Virus record (IMG/VR): IMGVR_UViG_3300040960_002761
Coordinates: 1-39,770 of that record
DNA: 39,770 nt
Direction: 5' to 3' (one strand)
Source of the DNA: a virus
Taxonomy: Duplodnaviria > Caudoviricetes
The notes beneath the pieces were generated by a model, which saw only the letters and a list, made by a program, of their open reading frames with translations, ran no database searches and was not told where the DNA came from. A program made the position numbers and the translations under genes. Positions 27,201 to 33,826 of the stretch are shown here, in pieces (positions within the stretch are counted from its first letter, which is position 1; each line of letters begins with the position of its first letter).

Positions 27201-27659
27201 GAATTTATATTACATAAAGTAAGCGAAAATAACTATAACAACGTTACCAGCGAATACAACTTTCCAAATACAGATGGAGAAGATGGACAAGTTCTTGTAA
27301 CTAATGGCAGTGGAGTATTATCTTGGGAAAACCAAAGTGGTGGAGGAACAGGATCTGTAGCAGCTTGGGGAAGCTATAACGGATCAACTAACGCGAGAGG
27401 TCAAGAATACAACATAAGCAGTATTACTGATAATGGCGGCGTAGGTAGTCATACTGTAAACTTATCTGTTACTATGAGCAGTACGGATTATTGTGTTGTT
27501 GTTAATGAGTATCATAGAATAGGAAACACTTTTGGTACAAGCTCAAGCGTTGTGAGCAAGACGACAACTTCTTTTGGAATCCTTACTGGTGGAATTAATG
27601 GCACAACGCCTAATCAATATGACTCTATTTATGTCGCATACGCTGTTTTCGGAACTTAG
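21264..27659 (+). CDS. 2131-aa modular long fibre / receptor-binding protein
   Basis: Many VGIGTxSP modules, internal duplications, C1q/TNF-like domain (~26778-27221), C-terminal AAWGSYNG..YNISSITD domain; followed by assembly-type genes. Confidence 0.8.
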   Translation: MYSITLQNAGGDNVITSGDILGRINFAVPSESDGAASTYIASQIYSQAEGSFTGSSNPAGLVLATSSSDSAPASGRLTVSSDGHFLPLVSGQYDLGSSSNPFRNLYVDNFSIGNIEESDPTVSGYIKSITQNQIQNWDIAYSGVSSSGSFWTQAYNWGDHNEAGYITNETLTSLSGNSVTQELIYIDESGVSNSIDLSWSMDDTNLARLVSGSVDSSGIATFTRDDGTTFAVDFSSLFDDTNLPRITSANFDNNSGILTLTRNDNSTVSTSLEGRYLTEHPLISASQSSDNSGRTYIQDLFLDGYGHVTGISTSTETVIDNDTYITSGTFNQNNSGILTLLRNDDFIIDIDLDGRYLQSFTEQDPTVSGYIKSITQNEIQSWNSAYTDVSSSGSFWTQAYNWGDHSGYHIPVSSATSSNNSGRTYVQSILLDSYGHVSGITTATETVVDTDTTYTDGSGLSLVGTTFHANVDSTIQSVSPNVVSSTANRTYAIQVDSNDDLVVNVPWTDIDTTIPLSGNLSGDINLNSFDIVGTGNITVNGDVVVGSGHFDALNINGQYTFPTGIGNVGDSLVYAGSNQVAWSGVSVSLSGQLDGNLDLNGYDIVGTGNITIDGDVQANQFIGNLRGAIYFTAKAGEALTKGDVVYISGISGNKTVVSKADANDSSKMPAFGIAAETVNNNANVNIITFGSLYNIDTDTPDWDEGDELYVSNTAGVLTKTAPTGESSQIQKIAKVTRRDNSAGSIKVMGAGRTNATPNLNEGRLFVGNSSNQAVADGTIHVDISNSRVGIGTATPSTKLNVENGDVVFNDLGGNYDFRVGGDGETHLFQTDASQKTVGIGQSDPTYKLFVKTSNSNLDEDGLFIRGVGVDPAVMFMGQDTNESYITAKNNGIIELNADIWSGAAGSAITFNVDNSEVMRVDYQDRVGIGTASPSSKLHVSANTEYGLNVAQTGVTNNNVGLFQFTGGNVGSTSASSALLRVSSNSSFRPLASFDDTTVITADGSVGIGTASPSEKLDVDGTIRTRTGGIGHEDDGCYVAYPGGGTFEATGSLQTGYLKITLPVSWTNTMLAFDIDIYEYASQKIKKLRVGGYNYTGNPTPLWVNISAMMDSDNDFAKYKVHFGHDGTKCAIYISEIGTNNVDQGASTTWNYANVSISNFFGGWANFTMANWADGWDVGFTTTLGTINNTLQVSRPYRQHDTGYVFNEYGGNVDFRVEGDTDEHLLFTDASTDRVGIGTASPATKLHINLEVSDDANYSYDTNSLMVVHQTPTSNTTLNDPKDILYLARQGTSTEAYGAAAAFSLSRYENSSTDSRTRLDIDLAHGQFLNERTKVMTMRSDGNVGIGTSSPTEKLHVTDSTNEAVRLLVENASGVQAKLQAFSSGGSNGQVYVGAVTDADLNIIQNNVARITIADTASKQITINPLNEDADFQVRGTTDNNVIRVDAANDSVGIGKFNPNVDTRLEVSYDATSGPYGIMVTKDGQETTDGVVLGDCLGTTYQGLSHVTQDPASFEYMIISQGDHTLISANSGCDAIIRAGANSTNYQLRIKPASAEFGSTGDLFKLNSDGAIFNDGGATINFRVEGDADPYLLYVRGSAGVDKVGVGTASLSGKFNVYQTTENQSYQYGSYVSANHYTTSGGTNYLFGNYTDMRRHVASGITDNGYIMGHEIISVLSDEGSLDRAFGLRTYAGINNQSDNGNLTVAYGIQSRVLNYSQGTGNINTARGIDVYINGDLGSVGNGGITNAYGVYIQSILNSTNTYGLYQAGSSDKNYFAGDVGIGTASPSYKLDVNGTFSANSINVNDQFTFPTTDGSADQVLVTDGSGVLTWQDQSGGGTFHYLNIKKSSLTENVNQLYASRQAIRFDSEFYKSTIYSHSNVTNPERVTVSESGFYKLSASVGLDNTGTNRAVIRMSVFKNGTEITETRTSTYSRGAGLGDEFNLHIDTVLQLSSSDYLEIYAWREYADQTNNVDTVVGECEFILHKVSENNYNNVTSEYNFPNTDGEDGQVLVTNGSGVLSWENQSGGGTGSVAAWGSYNGSTNARGQEYNISSITDNGGVGSHTVNLSVTMSSTDYCVVVNEYHRIGNTFGTSSSVVSKTTTSFGILTGGINGTTPNQYDSIYVAYAVFGT
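23625..26620 (+). repeat. dispersed 23-nt direct repeat GTTGGTATAGGGACGGCTTCGCC
   Basis: Exact copies at 24039-24061, 24963-24985 and 26598-26620; one mismatch at 24276-24298; two mismatches at 23625-23647. Confidence 0.9.
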
Positions 27660-27666
27660 GTGAAAT

Positions 27667-27876
27667 ATGAAAAAAATAATATATCCAGAATATGAAACGA
27701 TAGCTGTAATACATCCGTCTTTAAGTTGCGGATTAACAGTAGAGCAAATCGCCAAGAAAGATACACCCACTGGACTTCCATATCTAATAATAGAAGAAGA
27801 ACAGTTACCTGAAGACCGAACATTTAGATATGCTTGGACAGCAGACTTTTCAAATCCTGACGGATACGGAGAATAA
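27667..27876 (+). CDS. tail-fibre assembly/chaperone-like protein, part 1
   Basis: LTVEQIAKKDTPTGLPYLII...LPEDRTFRYAW is typical of genes directly downstream of fibre genes in aquatic phages. Confidence 0.7.
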   Translation: MKKIIYPEYETIAVIHPSLSCGLTVEQIAKKDTPTGLPYLIIEEEQLPEDRTFRYAWTADFSNPDGYGE

Positions 27877-27877
27877 T

Positions 27878-28138
27878 ATGATTTCTATAGATATGAACAA
27901 AGCTAAAGAGATATGGAAAGATTATCTTCGTTATGAGAGAGCGCCCATATTGGAAAAATTAGATTTAGAGTTTATCAAAGCTTTAGAATCTGGAAATACA
28001 GAAGAACAAGATAAAATAAAAAAGACAAAACAAGACCTAAGAGATGTAACAGCAGACCCACGTATTGTTAAAGCTTCTGGTCCAGAAGAATTAAAATCAC
28101 TTAAACTAGTAGATGAAATTATCAAATTTATTAAATAA
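27878..28138 (+). CDS. tail-fibre assembly/chaperone-like protein, part 2
   Basis: IDMNKAKEI..LRYERAPILEKLD..KQDLRDVT; start moved to ATG 27878 (GGAGAATAAT-ATG). Confidence 0.7.
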   Translation: MISIDMNKAKEIWKDYLRYERAPILEKLDLEFIKALESGNTEEQDKIKKTKQDLRDVTADPRIVKASGPEELKSLKLVDEIIKFIK

Positions 28139-28148
28139 GGAGAATAAT

Positions 28149-28472
28149 ATGGCAGAATTACCAATTTTAAATGCAGTTGATCCAGCGGTCATTCCCGCTA
28201 AAACTTATGACAGGGTGTGGATTGAGGAGATCGTTATTCGCGCTCCTGATCCTAACGGCGACGTTACAGGCGAAGTCAAACTACACAAATACGGTATGTT
28301 TGATGGCGTAGCAGAACTAGAACCCGGAAATGGCCAGTGGGTCAGGGTTGAGAATATGCTAGAAAAGTCCGACACAGACTCCAATCTACAAACAGCCATG
28401 ACCGCACTAATTGGTTATGTAATGCAATTGGGCGCTGAAAATAATATCATTACTCCACCGTCAGGTGTCTGA
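28149..28472 (+). CDS. hypothetical protein (107 aa), probably fibre-associated
   Basis: Start moved to ATG 28149 behind an AAGGAG SD. Confidence 0.65.
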   Translation: MAELPILNAVDPAVIPAKTYDRVWIEEIVIRAPDPNGDVTGEVKLHKYGMFDGVAELEPGNGQWVRVENMLEKSDTDSNLQTAMTALIGYVMQLGAENNIITPPSGV

Positions 28473-28499
28473 ATTTCGTGTATAACTAAGTGAGGAATA

Positions 28500-28673
28500 A
28501 TGTTTGGTTTTTTTAGCTTTTTACCCATGTCTACGCTAGAGACAGTCTACTACAATGGAGTAGATTATGGATTTATTTTATATATCCAGCAGCAAAATAC
28601 TAGCATTTTATCGGTAAACAATACTATTACTCTAGACATGAACCTCCAAAAAGAAGAGACTATTGTATTATGA
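28500..28673 (+). CDS. 57-aa hypothetical protein (MFGFFSFLPMSTLETVYYNG...), not in the ORF track
   Basis: GAGGA SD, GTGTATAAC element just upstream, TGA at 28671-28673. Confidence 0.6.
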   Translation: MFGFFSFLPMSTLETVYYNGVDYGFILYIQQQNTSILSVNNTITLDMNLQKEETIVL

Positions 28674-28733
28674 AAATTATCAATATTACATTGTCTATTA
28701 CTAGGACTGCCTCTATCATATTGAAGAAATAGT

Positions 28734-29036
28734 ATGGCTAGCGAAATACATGTAAATGATGTTGGAACTAGATTTTTAGCCACCATCAAGGACGATGGAG
28801 TAGTTGTAGATATTTCTCAAGCAACTTCTGTCACGATGATATTTAAAAAGCCAGACGATGAAGTTGTTCACAAGGCTGGCACTGTATTATCTGGTGTCGA
28901 TGGTCAAGTTTACTACGATACTATTGCGGGAGATTTAGACGAAGCTGGTCATTACAAGCTACAAGCAAAGGTTGTTTTGGCCAATGGGATTTACTATACT
29001 GATATTTACAACTTCCAAGTACACTGTAATTTATAG
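28734..29036 (+). CDS. single Ig-like / BppU-N-terminal-like virion protein
   Basis: HVNDVGTRFLATIKD..VDISQA..FKKPD..GQVYY..DLDEAGHYKLQAKV beta-sandwich pattern. Confidence 0.65.
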   Translation: MASEIHVNDVGTRFLATIKDDGVVVDISQATSVTMIFKKPDDEVVHKAGTVLSGVDGQVYYDTIAGDLDEAGHYKLQAKVVLANGIYYTDIYNFQVHCNL

Positions 29037-29043
29037 GTGAAAC

Positions 29044-29565
29044 ATGTCGTGGCAAGGCCAAATATCTACAATGGTTAGACATCTAATTAGTGATGTCGAT
29101 TCATCTAATTACAAATATACTACTAAAAGGCTAGAAACAAGTATATTGGTTGCAGCACAACTGTTAACAACTGAAACGGATTTAAAGAATAACTACACTA
29201 TTAATGTAGAGCAGTGCGAACTTTCTCCAGATCCAACTGACTCTGGAACAGAAGACGATGATTTTATTGCATTAGTCAGCTTAAAGTGTGCATGTATAAT
29301 TCTTGGTGGTGAGGTTAGAGCAGAATCTGGAAATGCTATATCTATAAAAGACGGCCCATCCGCAATAGATTTAAGGGGTGTTTCTGGAACCTTAACTGTT
29401 CTTTACAAAGATTTATGTTCAAAATACGAACAAATGCTGCTTGATTATCGCGCTGGAAATAGCCTCGCTGGTCATGCTATCCTCGGTCCTTACAGTCCGG
29501 GAAGTGACTTTGTAGCTAGAACTCATAGCGATTATGATCATCGTGGTAATTATTTTAGATATTAA
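29044..29565 (+). CDS. head completion / head-tail connector-like protein
   Basis: MVRHLISD..YTTKRL helical N-terminus and SIKDGPSAID hairpin resemble connector proteins; inference. Confidence 0.5.
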   Translation: MSWQGQISTMVRHLISDVDSSNYKYTTKRLETSILVAAQLLTTETDLKNNYTINVEQCELSPDPTDSGTEDDDFIALVSLKCACIILGGEVRAESGNAISIKDGPSAIDLRGVSGTLTVLYKDLCSKYEQMLLDYRAGNSLAGHAILGPYSPGSDFVARTHSDYDHRGNYFRY

Positions 29566-29577
29566 AGGAGATTTTAG

Positions 29578-30516
29578 ATGACAGCTAAAAATGAAAGCTT
29601 ACTGAAAAGCGATATTAGCAACGCAATTGCAAACAACAATTCTGGAGACATTACAGCAGAAGATGTACGCGAAAGCATGAAAGATATTGTTGACTCTATA
29701 CCGTTAATTATTTCTGAAGCAAATATGAATGCTACATATCCTTTTCAGAAAAATGTTAAGGCCGAAAGACTTGATGATACTGGCCAGAATGGTATTTTTA
29801 TAGCTGGTTCTGGAGTTCAATTTGGCGACAATCCTGCTATTCAAATAGTTCCGTTTCCGGGTGTTGAAAATTTAGATCATGGCCAGTTAGAACCCAATTC
29901 CTTATTAGATGATGACCACTTACATTACCTCAATGTTAATGGCGTTAGACCTATGGAGGGTAATCTGGGATTAGATAATAATTGGTTGAATTCTGTTGGA
30001 AATCCAAATCCGGGCGTTACTAATTCTAATGACAGAGGAGTTAAATTTTCACACGATGAAACTTCTGATGTGGAAACATTACACGTTGGAAGTAAAACCA
30101 TTGTTGAGTTTGATGATGATGCTTCAAGAATCGATACATCAAAGGGTGTAGCAAAAGCTTGGATTAACTTTGATGCCAGTAGTGGATCATCAATAACAGT
30201 GAACGCTTCTTACAATATAAAGAAAATAGAAAAAACGTCTATCGGAAAATTTATAATCACCTTTCGTGACGAAATACCAGTTCCATATGTAGCTATTGGC
30301 TTAAGCAATGCTAGGACAGACTCAGATGAGGCTGAAGATTTTTCTATCAATAGTATTGGTATTGTCGAGAGAACTTCTACTTATTTAAGTTTTCTTGTTT
30401 TAAGCACTTTAAACAACACGTATGTTGATGCCGCTGTTAATGACTTAGTTGTGTTCGGACTTTCTCATGCTGATGAAGTTGCAGAAGAAACCACCCCACC
30501 GCCACAATTACCATAA
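29578..30516 (+). CDS. 312-aa fibre/adaptor protein
   Basis: N-terminus is paralogous to ORF 15887; LxDDDHLHY motif; C-terminal AKAWINFD..SYNI domain is paralogous to the tip of ORF 21264. Confidence 0.7.
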   Translation: MTAKNESLLKSDISNAIANNNSGDITAEDVRESMKDIVDSIPLIISEANMNATYPFQKNVKAERLDDTGQNGIFIAGSGVQFGDNPAIQIVPFPGVENLDHGQLEPNSLLDDDHLHYLNVNGVRPMEGNLGLDNNWLNSVGNPNPGVTNSNDRGVKFSHDETSDVETLHVGSKTIVEFDDDASRIDTSKGVAKAWINFDASSGSSITVNASYNIKKIEKTSIGKFIITFRDEIPVPYVAIGLSNARTDSDEAEDFSINSIGIVERTSTYLSFLVLSTLNNTYVDAAVNDLVVFGLSHADEVAEETTPPPQLP

Positions 30517-30535
30517 TAAATAATAAGAGGAAAAC

Positions 30536-33500
30536 ATGTCAGACAATCTAATTATACTTGCTGATAGAATTAAAGAAACGAGTTTTACCACTGATACTTC
30601 TGATTTTATTTTAGAAGGAGCATCAAATGGTTTTAGCTCGTTTGGATCTATTTATAACGATGGTGATCTTTTATTTTATGCAGCCACAAATGGTATTGAA
30701 TATGAGGTTGGATCTGGCATTTTTAATGATGGGGGTGGATTATCAGACAGTATCACTAGAATGCCTTTTAGGACAAGCACCGTTGGCTCTGATGATGTAA
30801 AGGTTGCTTTTGGCTTAGGCTCCAAAGAGATATATGTTACTTATCCAGCAACTCACTCTGTTTATATCGGCTCTGGTGTGGCTCCACTGAACTTTCCTCG
30901 CGCTAGTGGTATTGCTTTCTGGGCTTCATCAAATATACTTAACTACGATAGTGATGTTATATGGGATACAGATAATAAAAGACTTGGAATTAGAAAATCT
31001 AATCCTCAGTATCCCTTAGATGTTGGTGGCGATGGCGTTCAGGCTTCTGGATTTTACGTTGGAGAAGACGGAGTAGTTTTCCCATCAGCTAATAACGGAG
31101 ATCCCGGATATGCTGGTGGTAGTCAGTTAATCCATTTCGAAGCCAACGAATTAGACTCAAACACGGGAACTGATTTGGTTTTTGATTTATCTGGGGCTGT
31201 GGATCAGATAATTCTTTTTAAGGAACAAACTCAGGGAACTTTCCTAGCTGGACCAGAACCAAATGTGTGCGGCGATGGCACAGAGGTTTGCAATGATTCA
31301 TATCCAAATTTTAGATCTATTACCCTAAATGACATCCCTGACTTATCTTCTTTTTATGCTAGCTTTGCCGATATAGAGGAAGCTTCTGGAGTTCTTCGTG
31401 CTGACTTAGAAACAGTTTCTGGTGTTCTTAGAAATGACTTTGAGTTGGCAGACTCAATTAATCACGACAACTTAGTTGCAGCTTCTGGCGATCTTGATGC
31501 TTCAATAAATAATCTTAAACTAAAGTTTGATGTTACGCTAAATTCAGATGAATCGGCATTAGTCTTTGATGGCGTTGGGTGTCAAAGCGATGAAAATCCT
31601 ACACTCAAATTGCACAAAGGTCTTACGTATTACTTTAATGTTAATACTGTTGGTGGTTCACAAAATTATCCATTATTCATAAAGACTAGTCCCACGGCAG
31701 ATTCAGACAATCAATATTCTGATGGTGTCATAAACAATGGAGTGCATGACGATCAAATTACTTTCACTGTTCCCCAAGATGCCCCAGATAAGTTATATTA
31801 CAGCGTAAATAATGCCAACTTAATGTCTGGAGTAATTTTCACTTCTACTGTAAACTTAACAACATTCAATGACTATAACTACATAGAAAACGCAAATACT
31901 GAAGGTAGTGATAGCTTGGTTTTATGGGACAACAGTGACTCGTCTTACAAAAATATAAGTTTGCAAAACTTATTGTATTCACCTTCTGGTAATAGTTACA
32001 TTAAGTATGAAACTGTTGGCAGTGCCGATGCTGATGGCGATCTTGGAGAAATTACTTTTGATGACACTTGGGCTTATTTCAAAACAAGCGGAGGTTGGAA
32101 GCGTGTTAGAATTCAAACTTTTGAAACCACCACGACTTCAACCACCACATCGACTACAACAAGTACTACTTGGCCACCAAACTGTACTCTCCCACCAGAC
32201 TGTCCAGCAAATCAGTTTAGAACAATTGTTGGTGTTGTTGAGGGCGGTGAGTTTGATGGTTGTCCAATATATAGCGAATGTGCAACAACGACAACTACCA
32301 GCACCACAACTATTGCTCCCACAACTACAACAACTGTCGCTCCACCAGAACCTTCATTTACCAACCATGTTTATACATGGGGTTATAATGGAAATAATCA
32401 ACTTGGATTTAGAACTTCAGAACTGTACTCTCTTGTTCCAACTAGGGTTGAGGTTGGCAATGTTGTTCAACTTTCAGCCAGCGACTACCATGTATTAGCC
32501 ATCGATGACAACTCTCACTTATACGGATGGGGCTGGAATAATCAAGGTCAAATTGGCGATGGAACAAAGGTTGATGCTGCCGTTCCGGTAGCCGTTGATA
32601 CTACACGATCTTGGAATTATATAGCTGCTGGAGATTATCACAGCGCCGGTATCTCTGAAGGTAAGCTTTATACTTGGGGTTACAACATTAACGGTCAACT
32701 TGGAAATGGTACTAGGATTGGACATAATGTTCCTACCCAAGTTGGAACTGCTAACAATTGGATTAAAGTCTTCTGTGGTACTTCTCACACTGTTGCTATT
32801 AATAACTTAGGCGAATTGTTTGCTTGGGGTTCCAACGAATATGGTCAGGTTGGCAATGGCAGTTTCGAAGATGTTTTAATTCCAACTAAAATTGGTTCCG
32901 GTTCTTTCTGGACAGATGTTTCTGCATATATGCATACTATGGCCATCAATAGAGAAGGCCAGTTATTTGTGTGGGGCAGAAATACAGAAGGCCAATTAGG
33001 CATCGCTACACTAACTACTACCACAGACGATCAAGGAAATACAACTTCTACGTTTGTTAATGATTTATCAAATAGGAATACCCCAACACCTGTATCCAAG
33101 ACTTCTAGCTCTACGGTTGATAAAGATTCAGTTACGCCAAACGCTGGTTTAACTGATAACTGGTTGTCCATAGCTGCTGGATATCAACACTCGGTTGCTG
33201 TTAATCAGGCTGGAGAGCTTTATGTTTGTGGTACTAATAAGTATGGCTCTATGGGTCTTTCTGCTGATTCTACTGTCCCAGCAATGCTTAAGCTCACAGA
33301 CGAGAGAAACTGGTTAAAGGTTTCTGCTGGTAATTATCACACAGTTATTATTAATGCTGCTGGTGATCTTTATGCAACCGGTCGCAATAATTATGGTCAG
33401 CTAGGAAATAATACTACGACTGATATATCATCAGTAACTCTAATTTCTACTGACTACGATTGGGACTTCCCAGCAGCTGGCTATGATTTCACCGCCGCCA

Positions 33501-33826
33501 TTGGGAACATAAAGGTGGCAGCAACCACAACTTCAACCACGGAGGCTCCATTGACATTTACAGAAACAATTACTATAGGCTCTGATGGTCAGGCAACTGG
33601 AAGCGGTGGAGTATTTGCCTTGGGTACAGAAAATGATCAAATATTGTATAATATTCCAGAAACCACATCTGCATTACCTCTCAATTCTGACGTTTACAAG
33701 AATGGCTCATACCTATTTACATTCACTGCCACTGTAGCATATAGTGGAGCTACTATAAAACATATTTCAGCTTCAGATTCTAGTGAAACTTTTGTTGTAC
33801 TATCAGATGGAAGGGTAGATGTATGA
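30536..33826 (+). CDS. 1096-aa virion adhesin with Thr-rich linkers and an RCC1/BLIP-II-like beta-propeller
   Basis: LADRIKET N-domain; about seven LYxWGxNxxGQLG..WxxIAAGxxH repeats (~32366-33502); poly-Thr tracts flanking a small Cys module. Confidence 0.85.
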   Translation: MSDNLIILADRIKETSFTTDTSDFILEGASNGFSSFGSIYNDGDLLFYAATNGIEYEVGSGIFNDGGGLSDSITRMPFRTSTVGSDDVKVAFGLGSKEIYVTYPATHSVYIGSGVAPLNFPRASGIAFWASSNILNYDSDVIWDTDNKRLGIRKSNPQYPLDVGGDGVQASGFYVGEDGVVFPSANNGDPGYAGGSQLIHFEANELDSNTGTDLVFDLSGAVDQIILFKEQTQGTFLAGPEPNVCGDGTEVCNDSYPNFRSITLNDIPDLSSFYASFADIEEASGVLRADLETVSGVLRNDFELADSINHDNLVAASGDLDASINNLKLKFDVTLNSDESALVFDGVGCQSDENPTLKLHKGLTYYFNVNTVGGSQNYPLFIKTSPTADSDNQYSDGVINNGVHDDQITFTVPQDAPDKLYYSVNNANLMSGVIFTSTVNLTTFNDYNYIENANTEGSDSLVLWDNSDSSYKNISLQNLLYSPSGNSYIKYETVGSADADGDLGEITFDDTWAYFKTSGGWKRVRIQTFETTTTSTTTSTTTSTTWPPNCTLPPDCPANQFRTIVGVVEGGEFDGCPIYSECATTTTTSTTTIAPTTTTTVAPPEPSFTNHVYTWGYNGNNQLGFRTSELYSLVPTRVEVGNVVQLSASDYHVLAIDDNSHLYGWGWNNQGQIGDGTKVDAAVPVAVDTTRSWNYIAAGDYHSAGISEGKLYTWGYNINGQLGNGTRIGHNVPTQVGTANNWIKVFCGTSHTVAINNLGELFAWGSNEYGQVGNGSFEDVLIPTKIGSGSFWTDVSAYMHTMAINREGQLFVWGRNTEGQLGIATLTTTTDDQGNTTSTFVNDLSNRNTPTPVSKTSSSTVDKDSVTPNAGLTDNWLSIAAGYQHSVAVNQAGELYVCGTNKYGSMGLSADSTVPAMLKLTDERNWLKVSAGNYHTVIINAAGDLYATGRNNYGQLGNNTTTDISSVTLISTDYDWDFPAAGYDFTAAIGNIKVAATTTSTTEAPLTFTETITIGSDGQATGSGGVFALGTENDQILYNIPETTSALPLNSDVYKNGSYLFTFTATVAYSGATIKHISASDSSETFVVLSDGRVDV

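Noticed and set aside
27350-27659. Peptidase S74 intramolecular chaperone at the fibre C-terminus
   Set aside because: No SDxRLK motif; the tip is a different domain followed by separate assembly genes
27667-28138. Programmed frameshift joining the two assembly ORFs
   Set aside because: No slippery heptamer at the junction, and the second ORF has its own GGAG SD and ATG
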